This document shows, one piece after another, positions 1 to 10,800 of a stretch of DNA of 64,000 nucleotides (position 1 is its first letter; the number at the start of each line of letters is the position of its first letter). The stretch spans positions 42,153 through 106,152 of the IMG/VR virus record IMGVR_UViG_3300043777_000086. One strand, written 5' to 3'. The DNA comes from a virus. The position numbers and the translations under genes are program-made. The notes beneath the pieces were generated by a model, which worked only from the letters and a program-made list of their open reading frames with translations, did no database searches and was not told the DNA's origin.

Positions 1-76
1 CAGGCGGGTTCCCAGCCTTTTTTTGCGACAGATAGCGATCAAACGCAGACCCGAAGTCACCCTGCTGGTCCGCCAC
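1..76 (-). CDS. N-terminus of a probable internal virion/ejection protein (truncated by window edge)
   Basis: GTG at 76-74 directly after the stop of the preceding gene; reads MADQQGDFGSAFDRYLSQKKAGNPP, open to the edge; position after other ejection-like genes. Confidence 0.55.
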   Translation of the reverse strand, partial: MADQQGDFGSAFDRYLSQKKAGNPP

Positions 77-77
77 T

Positions 78-1754
78 TCACGGCCTCTTCTTCAGCCACG
101 GTAGCGTTGAGTCGATCTCGTCTTCTGGAATAGGGGCGTCTGCGTGATCGGCATCGTCCTTAATTGAGTCAGACTCATCCTTATTCAGGAAGGCAAGCCC
201 AGCGGTACCGAACGCCGCCCCAATCGCATTGATCCTTCCCCTGGCATCCTGCTTAATGAGATTCGCGCGCTCCTCGATCTCGCGCTGGATCTGATTCTGC
301 CGGTTATTGAATTCTTCCGAGGTGAGTTGGCGCTTAACTGGGGGATTCTTCGTGGTGTCAAGGATCGTTGGATCTTTTCGCAGTGCATCGATTTTGGACT
401 CGCGCTCCTTGTATAGCGCTTCAAGCCGACGCGAGGTGTCCGCTTGCTCAGCTATCGCGGCCTTGCGTGCGTAGTTGAAGTTTGCCTGGAAAGTGTTGGT
501 CTGATCCTTCCACTGACGGAGTGGCTTGCCATTATCGTCTTTGGCTACCCGCCACTTACCCTCAGGACTTCGTTCCTCGATAACGTTCTTTCCGGGGCTA
601 TCCGGGTCCTGAACCACGCGCGTGGCATAGGGGGCCTTGTCTGGTTTGCGGTAAACCGAAGGCTGCTCGCTCGGCGGTAGGAACTGCCCGGTCTGCGCGT
701 CTACAAACCCCGCCGGGATCCCCGGTCCTCCCATTGAGTACTGAAGCTGCCTGGGCTTACCATCGACCATCATCTCCTTGGGCTCAGTGACTAAGTTATT
801 GGTGTTTAGCCAGTCGCGCTCCTCATCAGCCAGCCGCTGTGTACGGACCGCTGGCAGCGCAGGCTCCTTAGTCGGCGGCGGCGCCGCAGAGCCGGCCTCC
901 ACGGGAAGCGGAGGGGCGCCCTGCGCAGCCGTAGGGGCGGATTGATCTGAACGCACAGGAGGAGGAGCGCCTCCCGCAGTACGGTTATGAAATTCCGCAA
1001 GCCTCTTATCCGCGTCGATCTTCTTCTGCTCGGCCTCGGTTGGCTGCCGCGGCTTGGGCTTCGTGTCATACGGAGATAGGATCTGAGAGATCGATTCCTT
1101 ACCGCCGCCGAAGCGATCGAAGGCGGGGATGAACGGCTGCACCGCCTTGGCGGCATCCTCCTTTGTGAATGGCTGCCCAGCCTGCTTGGCTGCGTCCTCG
1201 GCATCCGCCACGGCCTTCTGGGCCTGTCCTACCAGTTGCGTGCGCTGACCTTGAATTGTATTCTGCGGAAGCGATAGCTTCGCACCCCAGTCCGCCATGA
1301 CTTTCTGCATTGCCCCGATGTCGGACTTGGATTTAGAGACCTCACCGCCAGCTAGGCCGCTGAATACCTTATTGAGCGTTCCGAGGATCGGATTCTGTTT
1401 GGCTCCGTCCTTAGTGGCGTCCTGAGCCTCAGAGATCATCGCTTTGGCGGCATCGCGCTCAAGCTGCGACTTGAGTTCCGGAGGCACCTCTGGGTTCGAC
1501 ATCTGCGCGTTCACCCAGTTAGAGAAACCCTGAGTGAATTGGTACTTCTGCATCTCAGTCGCCATGGCCTTTTGTGCGCGGCCCTTGCCGACGCCTTCTA
1601 GGAATTTAGATAGGATGCCGAGCGTTGCACCCCCCTTACCTTGATAGCCACTGAATGGTGTGGTGCTCTCATGGGGCGACTGAACGATTTGGGGTTGGAT
1701 CGCCTGAGCGAATGGTCCGGTAAATTGCTGAGGTCCGTAGGGATTATCAGGCAT
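78..1754 (-). CDS. putative internal virion / DNA ejection protein
   Basis: A/Q/P/K-rich helical protein; GGAGGT RBS before ATG 1754 (MPDNPYG); podovirus synteny downstream of nozzle and GNAT. Confidence 0.6.
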   Translation of the reverse strand: MPDNPYGPQQFTGPFAQAIQPQIVQSPHESTTPFSGYQGKGGATLGILSKFLEGVGKGRAQKAMATEMQKYQFTQGFSNWVNAQMSNPEVPPELKSQLERDAAKAMISEAQDATKDGAKQNPILGTLNKVFSGLAGGEVSKSKSDIGAMQKVMADWGAKLSLPQNTIQGQRTQLVGQAQKAVADAEDAAKQAGQPFTKEDAAKAVQPFIPAFDRFGGGKESISQILSPYDTKPKPRQPTEAEQKKIDADKRLAEFHNRTAGGAPPPVRSDQSAPTAAQGAPPLPVEAGSAAPPPTKEPALPAVRTQRLADEERDWLNTNNLVTEPKEMMVDGKPRQLQYSMGGPGIPAGFVDAQTGQFLPPSEQPSVYRKPDKAPYATRVVQDPDSPGKNVIEERSPEGKWRVAKDDNGKPLRQWKDQTNTFQANFNYARKAAIAEQADTSRRLEALYKERESKIDALRKDPTILDTTKNPPVKRQLTSEEFNNRQNQIQREIEERANLIKQDARGRINAIGAAFGTAGLAFLNKDESDSIKDDADHADAPIPEDEIDSTLPWLKKRP

Positions 1755-1848
1755 ACGCCACCTCCGCGGTGGTAATCTTAGTATCGAGCTGCCGTAGCGG
1801 GCTAACGCCACGGCAACTCTCACCAGAGCGATCTACAGGGAGACCGTC

Positions 1849-2436
1849 GTGGCTAAACGTAAGTTTATACCGATGCCGACCATAAGCCCCGAAGAGGAAA
1901 GACTCTTCTGGAGTTTGGTCAGGAAATACGAAGATCCAAGGAAGTGTTGGGAGTGGCTGGGGAACCTGCATAGCGACGACAGAGGCAGGATCTGCCTCAG
2001 GAGTCAACACTATATAGCTCCGCGCATGTCCTTCCACCTCACCTACGGAGGTGATCCGGAGTGGCTCTTTGTGTGTCATACATGCGACAACCCGATCTGC
2101 GTAAATCCCGATCACTTCTTCCTCGGTACGCACGGGGACAATAACAGAGACTCTATCGCCAAGGGTCGCAGGTGCGGCGTGTATGAAAAATGGAGGAATG
2201 ATAATCCACAGGCAGCGCACGCCGCCGCCCAGCGCGTAGTTCAATGGAGACAGCAGCACCCAGAAAGTAATCGCGGTGAAAACGCAAACGGAGTAAAGCT
2301 TACAACGGAGTATGTTCTCGCTATACGGGCGAGAGCAACTAAAGGAGAAACTCATACTTCTCTCGCTAGGGAATATGGAGTTGCACCGCAAACCGTGGAT
2401 GGCATAGTCAGCAGAAAACACTGGAAGCATATTTGA
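1849..2436 (+). CDS. HNH homing endonuclease with C-terminal HTH
   Basis: CWEW, VCHTCDNPICVNPDHFFLG..N motif, RGE...KLT...IR...LAREYGV...I...W tail. Confidence 0.9.
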   Translation: MAKRKFIPMPTISPEEERLFWSLVRKYEDPRKCWEWLGNLHSDDRGRICLRSQHYIAPRMSFHLTYGGDPEWLFVCHTCDNPICVNPDHFFLGTHGDNNRDSIAKGRRCGVYEKWRNDNPQAAHAAAQRVVQWRQQHPESNRGENANGVKLTTEYVLAIRARATKGETHTSLAREYGVAPQTVDGIVSRKHWKHI

Positions 2437-2440
2437 AATT

Positions 2441-3259
2441 TCAGCATTTTGCATGCAGCGCTGTGTTCTCCGTTACCTGAGTGGAAATCGCGGTTCGTAA
2501 GGCGAAATCAAACACTGGCCTAAGCGCCCAACGCATGACTACGCTGTGCTTTGCCTTAGCGGCAACCGACTTACCAACCCGGCAGTACAGCCACATAACT
2601 ATTCCACCAAACACCGTCCGCCTGAACGGGCCGTTAAGGAATTCGCGCACGATAAATGTACGCGGATCATGGGTTCCATAAATCACTTCCGCAATCCAAC
2701 ATCCGACACCCGGAGCAAATACGCTACCAAGAGCACCACCGGCGCTTCCTGCCAACTCTCCGAGGAAAGATAGAGTTGACGCCTTACCTTGACTCTGCGC
2801 CTGCATCGTAGCTGCATTGGAACTCGACGCCCCTCCGGCCGCTGAGATCGCAGCGCCCACGTCGCTTAGGCCGAAGGACTCAATACCCTGCCCCAGTTGC
2901 GCAAGCTGCGCCGGAGCGCCTTGAGTTAAAGCATTCCTAGTCTGCGCGATCTGCGTCTGCGTTCCGGTGTCCACGTTCGCCAGAGCCACCTGCTGTGCGG
3001 CCCCTGGTCCAATATCCTCCATAATCTGACCCTTAGCTTGCGAGGCCCCCTGCGTAATGTTTGTGAGGTACGGAGCGAGGGCTGTAGAGATCGCAGTGGG
3101 GTTATTTGAAGAGAGGGCCGTAAGTTGACTAATAAGCGGCTGCATCAACTGGGAACCCTGCGCCTGGTTGTCCTGAGCCAACTGATTTTGCTGGCTTTCA
3201 ATTGCCAACTGCTGGGCTGTGATTTGCTGCTGGGTTCCTGTGCTACTTGGTGACGACAC
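2441..3259 (-). CDS. putative DNA pilot/ejection protein with C-terminal CFI-box-like domain
   Basis: Q/A/G/S-rich body, Gly-rich linker, then GCWIAEVIYG...VREF...G.IVMWLY. Confidence 0.6.
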   Translation of the reverse strand: MSSPSSTGTQQQITAQQLAIESQQNQLAQDNQAQGSQLMQPLISQLTALSSNNPTAISTALAPYLTNITQGASQAKGQIMEDIGPGAAQQVALANVDTGTQTQIAQTRNALTQGAPAQLAQLGQGIESFGLSDVGAAISAAGGASSSNAATMQAQSQGKASTLSFLGELAGSAGGALGSVFAPGVGCWIAEVIYGTHDPRTFIVREFLNGPFRRTVFGGIVMWLYCRVGKSVAAKAKHSVVMRWALRPVFDFALRTAISTQVTENTALHAKC

Positions 3260-4175
3260 GTCGCATCACCTCCTCTGCTTTTGCCTGATCCTCTGGATGA
3301 TGCTCTAGCCAATGTCTTAGGCGGTGACAGACAACGCACAGCATGTCACATTTAACGACTTCTGCCTGGTAATCTTCACGTGTCAAACACTGAGATAAAC
3401 ACCTAACCTTGTCTTGCGGATCCCGATGGTCAAAGTCGAACACCGCCGGAATCGTTGAATGTAGGCCACAGGACTGGCAACGGTCATGCCTGGACTCCAT
3501 AGCCGCTCGCTTCCACTGCTCTCTTTGTATTTGATTGGCGGTCTTCTTGCGTGGGGCTATATTCCGTTTACGTTGCTCGCGTAACTCATTTCTAACCTGC
3601 TGTTTAGATCTGAGGCGACATTTCATACATACTGAATTGCAAGTCTTCACTCGATCACACCGAGAGCACAAATGACATTTACGCTGTCTCAGCTTGTCGA
3701 ATTCACCTCTACACGATTCGCATAAGCGAGCGCGGTATTCCTCAGGGGTGGTGTATACCACAACGCGGCAGAGTGAGCACAATGGCGGAAGTCTGTATTT
3801 AAATTTATGGAGATCAGCGAAGCAATCGGAGCAAAACCTTCTTCGGTACTGTACGCCCTTGAATGTAGCTACCGGAAATTGATCGATGGGTTTTACTGTA
3901 GCGCACTTTATGCATTGCCCTTCTGTAGCTCCGGTATCCCAGCGCCTTCGGCGTGGAGCGGCAGGTTTTTCTCCTACGCTAATTCTGTACCTCTCATGCT
4001 TATATTTACTTTCGCAGGAGCGACACATTCTTCTACGATTGCCAGATCTACTGGCCAATGCAAAGTTTTCAATTGGTTGGCGTTGGCCGCATTTTAAGCA
4101 GGAAAACTCCAGCAATCCGGTATCCCAACGACTTCCACGGCGCTTAGAGTAATCGTGTTGGGCGGTAGCTTGCAT
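3243..4175 (-). CDS. multi-zinc-finger HNH-like endonuclease
   Basis: many CxxC pairs; C-terminal CQSCG...FDFDHRDP...KCDMLCVVCH motif. Confidence 0.8.
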   Translation of the reverse strand: MQATAQHDYSKRRGSRWDTGLLEFSCLKCGQRQPIENFALASRSGNRRRMCRSCESKYKHERYRISVGEKPAAPRRRRWDTGATEGQCIKCATVKPIDQFPVATFKGVQYRRRFCSDCFADLHKFKYRLPPLCSLCRVVVYTTPEEYRARLCESCRGEFDKLRQRKCHLCSRCDRVKTCNSVCMKCRLRSKQQVRNELREQRKRNIAPRKKTANQIQREQWKRAAMESRHDRCQSCGLHSTIPAVFDFDHRDPQDKVRCLSQCLTREDYQAEVVKCDMLCVVCHRLRHWLEHHPEDQAKAEEVMRRVVTK

Positions 4176-4886
4176 CTAAACCTCCACGAGATCCTCTGCG
4201 TGAATCATGTTCTTTGCGAGCCCCCACTGCTCCCTTGTCATCACGGCAGATTGGTAGTCGCAGGGCTCGATAGTGCCGTCCTCCTTCATCCAGGGTCCGT
4301 ACACCGGCAACACTCCGACCACCTGGAATCCCACGCGCTCCGCAAACCGGCAGGCCATTTTATTGGGCTTCGGTGTGGTGCCGTACAGGACTTGTAGGTT
4401 CAGGGTCCTGAATCCCCAGTCGATCATCATCTCGGCGAACTGGTACGGCAGCATCGTGCGATGAGCGAAAGGTAGGAACGCAAATCCAACTTCAGCTTTG
4501 AATCGCGGCTGCTCCTTGATGTTCCCGAGGAATGTGATCGTGGCGATCGTCCCGAACCCAGCGATATCCAACTTCTCTCCGTTCTGGATCAGGCACCCGA
4601 TTACCACATTCCTTGGGCTGCCGTCAGCGTTCGCATCCGTGGCCCAGTCAAGTAGCCAGCGCAACGTCGGGACGTGGCCGGGCCACACGATATGCAAGAG
4701 CTTGGCGGTGCTCAGGGCGATCCAGATCCGCGCCATCATGATCTCGGAAACGGCGCTCTTATCCATTCTCAGGATGTGCAGGATCGTCCCGTCTTCGAGC
4801 TTCTTAGAATCCGTCCAGTTCCAACCGTTTGCGTCAGCCATTGGCATTATGATACCCCTTGACGATGACGGTATACTCGTCCACAA
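4176..4886 (-). CDS. GNAT (RimJ/RimL-like) acetyltransferase, virion-assembly position
   Basis: EVGF...WGFRTLNLQVLYGTTPKPNKMACRFAERVGF; lies between tail and ejection genes; true start probably at MPMAD. Confidence 0.75.
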   Translation of the reverse strand: MWTSIPSSSRGIIMPMADANGWNWTDSKKLEDGTILHILRMDKSAVSEIMMARIWIALSTAKLLHIVWPGHVPTLRWLLDWATDANADGSPRNVVIGCLIQNGEKLDIAGFGTIATITFLGNIKEQPRFKAEVGFAFLPFAHRTMLPYQFAEMMIDWGFRTLNLQVLYGTTPKPNKMACRFAERVGFQVVGVLPVYGPWMKEDGTIEPCDYQSAVMTREQWGLAKNMIHAEDLVEV

Positions 4887-4887
4887 T
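4859..4887 (+). promoter_or_regulatory. candidate sigma70-type promoter
   Basis: TTGACG-17 nt-CACAAT, 8 nt before ATG 4896. Confidence 0.5.
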
Positions 4888-4895
4888 TATTAGAT

Positions 4896-5555
4896 ATGAC
4901 CCCCATCCGTCGCGCCCTCGCTGCTATCTCCCGCTTTGTCCGAGTTCGGATCTTTAGGCGTCCGGAACCTCCGATCGTAGAGCGGCCACCTGACGGCGCG
5001 ATCGTATTCCCAGAGCTTCCCTCAAGTAGAGCGCTTGAAGAGTATGGATCCGGAACTCAGGCGGTGGCTATCAGCACACTTCCTCGGCCGCCGATATCTG
5101 ACCTCATTCCGCTTAGGCCGGCGTCCTGTCTCTATGAGGTCACCTTCCAGCCACGGCCGTACTGGCTATTCGACTCGATCCACCTAACGGCTATCTGCGG
5201 GTCCGCGCTGCGGGTGATCGCGTTCCATGAGGACGTTTCGCACTGCATCTTCCAGGTGACCGTCACTCCGATCCCGATGCAGCTCGACCACGCGATGCTA
5301 TTGGGGTTGCATCGCGCGCGGGCAGAGGCGCCAGTCACGCTACGGATTGAGAGCCGGGTTACGTTTGAGGTCTACGAACTCCGCGCCACCTACCTGCGAC
5401 CGGACTTCCGGCGCGAGCAGGCTTCGGACGGGACGATGATGCTGGTGTTCAACGACCCGTTCTACAAACCGATAGCCGAATCCGAATTCGGATTACTTCC
5501 CTCAGCGCCGCACCACCGCAAGATCTACGGACCCGGCGCGGACGTGGGGTACTAG
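4896..5555 (+). CDS. hypothetical protein (opposite-strand insert)
   Basis: 219-aa ORF with own promoter candidate, convergent with late genes. Confidence 0.65.
   Translation: MTPIRRALAAISRFVRVRIFRRPEPPIVERPPDGAIVFPELPSSRALEEYGSGTQAVAISTLPRPPISDLIPLRPASCLYEVTFQPRPYWLFDSIHLTAICGSALRVIAFHEDVSHCIFQVTVTPIPMQLDHAMLLGLHRARAEAPVTLRIESRVTFEVYELRATYLRPDFRREQASDGTMMLVFNDPFYKPIAESEFGLLPSAPHHRKIYGPGADVGY
4938..4951. repeat. 14-bp dispersed palindrome copy GTCCGAGTTCGGAT
   Basis: exact match to RTCCGANNTCGGAY. Confidence 0.9.
5480..5493. repeat. 14-bp dispersed palindrome copy ATCCGAATTCGGAT
   Basis: exact match to RTCCGANNTCGGAY. Confidence 0.85.
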
Positions 5556-5869
5556 GGCTTAGTGACAGCCGGCGGGACTGTAGGGCAATTCCAGGTCTTG
5601 TCTTTGTTGACATGACATCCGGGACCGGCCCCATATTCCTTTATGAGCGTATTCTCGTAATCGACCCAGATCTTTTCTTCTTTTTGAGCCTCTTCGCGAG
5701 CCGCCACAAGGCGCAACTGGGCCTGCTGAAGCTCTAACTCCGCGCTCTGTACCGCCAGCATCTTCCTGGAGATTTCCTCATAGCGCTTCTCTGGGATAGG
5801 CGTAGGGGTGGTCGTAGGGGCAGCCTTATCATCCAGAAACATACAGATCGCCGCAACGAATAAAATCAC
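5552..5869 (-). CDS. small coiled-coil protein with hydrophobic N-terminus (possible fibre chaperone or spanin-like)
   Basis: hydrophobic N-terminus, heptad-rich middle, C-terminal Cys pair. Confidence 0.55.
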   Translation of the reverse strand: MILFVAAICMFLDDKAAPTTTPTPIPEKRYEEISRKMLAVQSAELELQQAQLRLVAAREEAQKEEKIWVDYENTLIKEYGAGPGCHVNKDKTWNCPTVPPAVTKP

Positions 5870-5879
5870 TAGGTCACCT

Positions 5880-7265
5880 CTAGCAATGCGTTATGATTCC
5901 GTCAGAGCTTGCGAACAAGGAGGTCGGGGTTCCTGTACAGGTAACTCCCGCTACTCCGCCGATTGTCATCCCCGTGGGCGTGAAGTTCCAGATTAGGGAC
6001 CCAAACCCAGAGGTGTAAACCTGTAAGGCAATTGTGGATTGCGTACCATTAGGCCCCATGTCCGCGATAGCAGCGCCGGAACCATTGAATATTTCCACCG
6101 CCCCTCCCGACCCTGAGAAACTTATCTCTACCTGGTTGGTGCCCGCATTCTGCATGAAAATTCCGGTGGAGTTCGCAACCACCATATTCTGACCGGATGA
6201 GTTATTCAGGATCAACTGTCCCGCGCCCGCTCCACTAGGGGTAATAGAAGCTAGTTCGATACTAAATCCTGAATTCCACAACTCTAGGTCGGTGCTGGAT
6301 TGAACTCCGGTAGAGGCACCCATAGATGACTTAGCCGCCCCAGTGTTGTCGAAAACTATTAATCGACCTCCCACGCCGGCTGTGAATGTGCCTTCGATCT
6401 GATTTACGCTGGTGTTTTGAACAAAGAATCCAGAGGAGTTAGCTATAAACGTATTACTTGCTACGTCTAAATCCACAGCTACATCGAGCTGATGAGCCGG
6501 GTTAGTGGTTCCAATTCCCACGAGACCTCCGGAGGTGATCCTCATCTTCTCGATGTTATTACCACCACTCAGGGCAGTAGCGAAGATAAGAGTTCCAGAA
6601 TAGTCTCCCGCTATAGAGTTCTCCTTATACCCCCAAATTTCGGCGGAATCCGCAAACGACCCGGTGCCTACGTAATCAAACCCGAGAGAGATATGCCCAC
6701 CAATTCCAGTCGCATGAGTTGAGGAACTATCCCGGATGACTGCCTGGCCGATGTTGGCAGAGCTTATACCCTGTACAGTTAGAACACCTATGGGGGCTAC
6801 TCCGATTCCCACCTTACCGCCGAAGAAGTCGAAATTAAAGGCATTGGTATTGAATGTCATATCGCCGGCGTTTGAATCATCTATAGACCACACAGTACCG
6901 CCAGTGGGATTCTCTAGGCGAATTCCATTCGACGCATTCAGAACATTATCCTGTAAGACCAACCCAGGTTCCGTGGGACCCGGAGAAAGAACAATGACCG
7001 AAGACAGGTGAGCGCCGCTTACATTTCCAGGACTCAGTACGATCGATCCATTACTGGACGAACGACCGGTGATTACTGAGGCGTTATTGCCGGATATCCC
7101 AAGGTCCATATAGGTTGCGCAGGAAGGGGTCTCATCACAGATCCGCAATTCTCCAGGGGCTGGCCCAGTCGGAACGGCTAGGATTTTTACCGGAGAGGAT
7201 AGGCTTATCTGTGCGTGAGCGCACGAAGCCAGCGCTAGAATGGAAAGAACTAATGCGTATATCAT
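5880..7265 (-). CDS. tail fibre-like protein with predicted signal peptide
   Basis: EKMRITSGGLVGIGTTNPAHQLDV and GKVGIGVAP fibre motifs; N-terminus MIYALVLSILALASCAHA-Q. Confidence 0.7.
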   Translation of the reverse strand: MIYALVLSILALASCAHAQISLSSPVKILAVPTGPAPGELRICDETPSCATYMDLGISGNNASVITGRSSSNGSIVLSPGNVSGAHLSSVIVLSPGPTEPGLVLQDNVLNASNGIRLENPTGGTVWSIDDSNAGDMTFNTNAFNFDFFGGKVGIGVAPIGVLTVQGISSANIGQAVIRDSSSTHATGIGGHISLGFDYVGTGSFADSAEIWGYKENSIAGDYSGTLIFATALSGGNNIEKMRITSGGLVGIGTTNPAHQLDVAVDLDVASNTFIANSSGFFVQNTSVNQIEGTFTAGVGGRLIVFDNTGAAKSSMGASTGVQSSTDLELWNSGFSIELASITPSGAGAGQLILNNSSGQNMVVANSTGIFMQNAGTNQVEISFSGSGGAVEIFNGSGAAIADMGPNGTQSTIALQVYTSGFGSLIWNFTPTGMTIGGVAGVTCTGTPTSLFASSDGIITHC

Positions 7266-7272
7266 AAAACCC

Positions 7273-7881
7273 CTACACTCCTAATTGAGTTGCAAACTTC
7301 CACCAGTTTCCATCTGACCGTCCGACGAACAAGTAAAAGTTCTTTTGGTTTGCGGCATTCCCTATGTCATTAACTGACGTGTTTTTTAGATGTGAATCCC
7401 AGGTAATCTGATCCCCGTCAGTTCCGTCACAGGTTAGCACAATGAGAAGTAGGGCGGCGACCGTTGGGGAGATAGACGCTACGATGTTCGTGGTCGAGCT
7501 ATGAGATAGTGCAATCTCCTGGAGGGTAAGACTGCCGCTACCGCCACCTCCTCCGCCGCCACTGCCGCCACTGGGAAAAGGCACTGGATTCTGGCTGAGC
7601 GCTGTATTTACCAACTGATTACTCGATCCGAACAGCTTCTGTGCGGCGATAAGCGTCAGTAGCGCAAGCGGGTTGGTCGGGACCGAATCGTCCTCGGAGA
7701 AGAAATCCGGAGCCGTCACGGTATTCCCAAGGGTGATCGGGCCTGTACCGCCCTGTACCGATGCGATCTGCTGCGCCAGGAAGTTCAGAACGTAGTTTAA
7801 CTGGAATAGTTCAGGATCTTGAAGGTCTTGCGGCGTGATCCGTATATTGACGCCCTGCTGCTCTACGGTGGGCATCTTCAA
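7273..7881 (-). CDS. putative tail protein
   Basis: two domains joined by poly-Gly linker; coupled to nozzle gene. Confidence 0.55.
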   Translation of the reverse strand: MKMPTVEQQGVNIRITPQDLQDPELFQLNYVLNFLAQQIASVQGGTGPITLGNTVTAPDFFSEDDSVPTNPLALLTLIAAQKLFGSSNQLVNTALSQNPVPFPSGGSGGGGGGGSGSLTLQEIALSHSSTTNIVASISPTVAALLLIVLTCDGTDGDQITWDSHLKNTSVNDIGNAANQKNFYLFVGRSDGNWWKFATQLGV

Positions 7882-10800
7882 TTCACCTGCGGCTGCGTCA
7901 ACTCAGACCACTTGAATTCCGCATACGATGCACGCTGCTGCCCTGAGAGCGGCAAGGACTCGACTCGGCTACTATCGGCGTAGATCTTAAACGGCGTGAC
8001 CCCGTCGATCGAGGTCACCACGATCCGGTATACCTTGCTCTTGTTGTACTGACCGTTCGCTTGATCCGGAAGGAAGAACCGTTCAATGTCCCGGTCGGCG
8101 TGCGCCGGTAGCTCCACCTGATAGAAAAGCGCATCGCCAGCCACGTACACAGAAACCACGATTGCCGCCGCGCATAGATACTCCACCCACATCTGCCGGA
8201 TCACCTTGAAGCCGACGTAGCCAAGGGTGTTCTCGTAAAGGTCTAGGATCGTGCGGTAGCACGGCTCATTCCAGACGTCGTAGGTGACCTTGAAGATCTG
8301 AGCTTTCCCTCCGGAGCCTGGAGTTGGTATCATCCGTGCGAGGCGCCCGATCAGGTTTGAGTTGCAGGTCAGAATCCTAACTCGATCCACGTCGGTGGTT
8401 GTGATTGTCCAGGTCTGGACAATTGACCCATCCAGTTCTAGTTGGAGCTGGCAGGCTACCCCGCCCGTATCGATATCCACTTCGATCCCGCGCCAAACCT
8501 TCTCGCACTTCCATCCATTATCGGACCACTCGGTTGCCGGTACGATGTCGGGCGGATAGTCGATCTTGGTAAAGGTGTACTTCCATACGCGCAGTGAAAC
8601 GGTGGTCGATTGCGGGTAGATCCGAACCATCTTTACGATCGTGTCGATTGTGATCGAGAACGACTGCTTGCAGCGCCCGGTTCCAGATAACACGAAGGAT
8701 TGTACGGCCGTATTCAATGTGCTGCCCTGCACTCCGGTGACGGTATCCATTAGCATAGTGGTCGTGGTGCCCCCGGTATCGTACTCAAACGAGACTGTTA
8801 TGAGGCGCTTGTCGAACGGACTCCCGAGATCGTCGTAATCAAACGAGTGGTCGACCGCGGCCTTATCGGCAGGCATCGTCACGAAACTCGCCCCCCACAA
8901 CTGGAACATGCCGTTCGTGGGGACCGTGCCCAGTAGAATCCGCGCCTTGCGCCCCATGATATCCGGATTGAGGGTGATCGTCACGTCGCGGGTATTTAGG
9001 GTTGCGGTGACGGTAACGGTTTGTACGATTGTGCCGTCGACCTCGATCTTGACGGGAATTGCGATGCCATTGGTATTCACATCCAAAACGAGCTGTTGGA
9101 AGTATTTCTCGAACGGAGATTTGCTATCGTCGTACTCCGTGAAGTTTACGATGTCCGGTGGGTAGTTCTCGGCCTTGATCTGATAACCGAAGATCTCGAA
9201 GTTTGTGGTGGTTGTCTGGGCGCGCAAGCGCAACTTCTTGGCGATGATCCCGTCTATGATCGCAAACTCTTGCTGTGACCGATCCGCGCCGGAGATCTGG
9301 AGCGTTTGGACTGCGAGTGTCTGTGTGTTCCCTCCAACGCCTCCGATTATGTCCAAGAACAAGTCGATCGCCTGCCCGTACGTATTGTAGTCTAGGGTGA
9401 TCGCGTAGATTCTCTTATCCCAAGGGTGTCCGTTGTCCTGCCAATCCGTGATCCGGCCTCGCTGAAGTTCAGCGAGGGGGATGTAGGTCATCTGAACAGA
9501 AAAGATCTGGACTATTCCGATTGAGCTGCCAGTGAACTGAATAGCAAAAACTCGGGCCTCTTTACCAAATACAGTTCCGCCCGACACGCCAAGCTGCAAC
9601 GGTACGAAGCGTCGGTTAGTAGTCGCAGTCAGGGTGAATTGATCTACCGGATCGAGAGTCCCGGAGTAATCGTAAAATAAGCCAACCGTGACCGTGTCAT
9701 GGGGGTTGCTTAATTCAACCAGCAGCTCCACGTATTGCTTATTGAGGGCTCGTCCCTCCGGGGCCATAATCCCAGTTGTGCCGCTCCATACGATCGGATT
9801 TCCGCTATTCGGGGCACCCGTGTAATGATCCGAGGTTCCCATCTCAAGCAGATGAAGCTCGGAGGTTCCGGGACCGTTTAGGAAGATTGCTCCAACGAGG
9901 CGCCCGGTGTCCTTCTCAACCATCATGGATGTTAACGCACCCTGCGCGGCCACGCTTGTGTAGACCACCGGCTCCCAGCGTTTGTAGATCAGGCTGTAGC
10001 GGAGTTGATTGATCAGATTCGACGTGTCCCGGTAGCTTAGGTACACGTAGTTATCGAATGATTGAATGAATATCTGATCCAGTTGAGTGAAGTCGATCGG
10101 ATTGAGCCCCTCCGCCCCTATGCCTACGAAAATAAGGTCAAGATCCTCAGTGACCTTAACGCACCCGCCGCCGGCCCAGGCGTAGATGCCGTCGTAGGAA
10201 ACGAACCAGATCTGATTGTTGACCTTGCACCACAGGTGCTTTCCGATCATCCCGCGGTCTGCTGGCGTCTCGGTGATGTTCAGGAACTGACCGAGCCAGA
10301 TCTGGAAGATGAAGATTGATTTCAGATTGAGCGAGACGTATCCGCCGCCGTAGTCCAACAGACCCATGATCGGGTTGTCGGGGCTACCGATGATCTGCTG
10401 GTGGGAATTCCCGGTCTCCAGATTTATGATCGGCCACTCTCCGGGATATCCGGCCTTGGACCGGTAGCAGATATGCGGGTTGTTGACGTCACCGGCGAGT
10501 AGTAGGCTGTTTCCTGCCTGGCACACAATATCGCAAGGCTGCCCGATTCTTACGCCGCAGGTGAGGGTCTCGCCCACGAAGTGTTGATTCTGGAGCCACA
10601 CCTGCACGAACCCAAGTCCGACCGAGAATACATTGGCGATCTCCTGATTGGATCCGGATCCGATCGTAAGCTGGGATCCGACCGTGAAATATAGGTGTGC
10701 GGATCCACCGATGTCTACCGAGTAAAGATTCGGATACGGATTGGATCCTCCGACAGGAGTCGGGGCTATCCCTAGCGTGGTGTTTAATGGCGTCGGCAGA

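Noticed and set aside
1-30. Terminator-like GC stretch plus T-run
   Set aside because: Reads as the in-frame QKKAG codons of the truncated minus-strand gene
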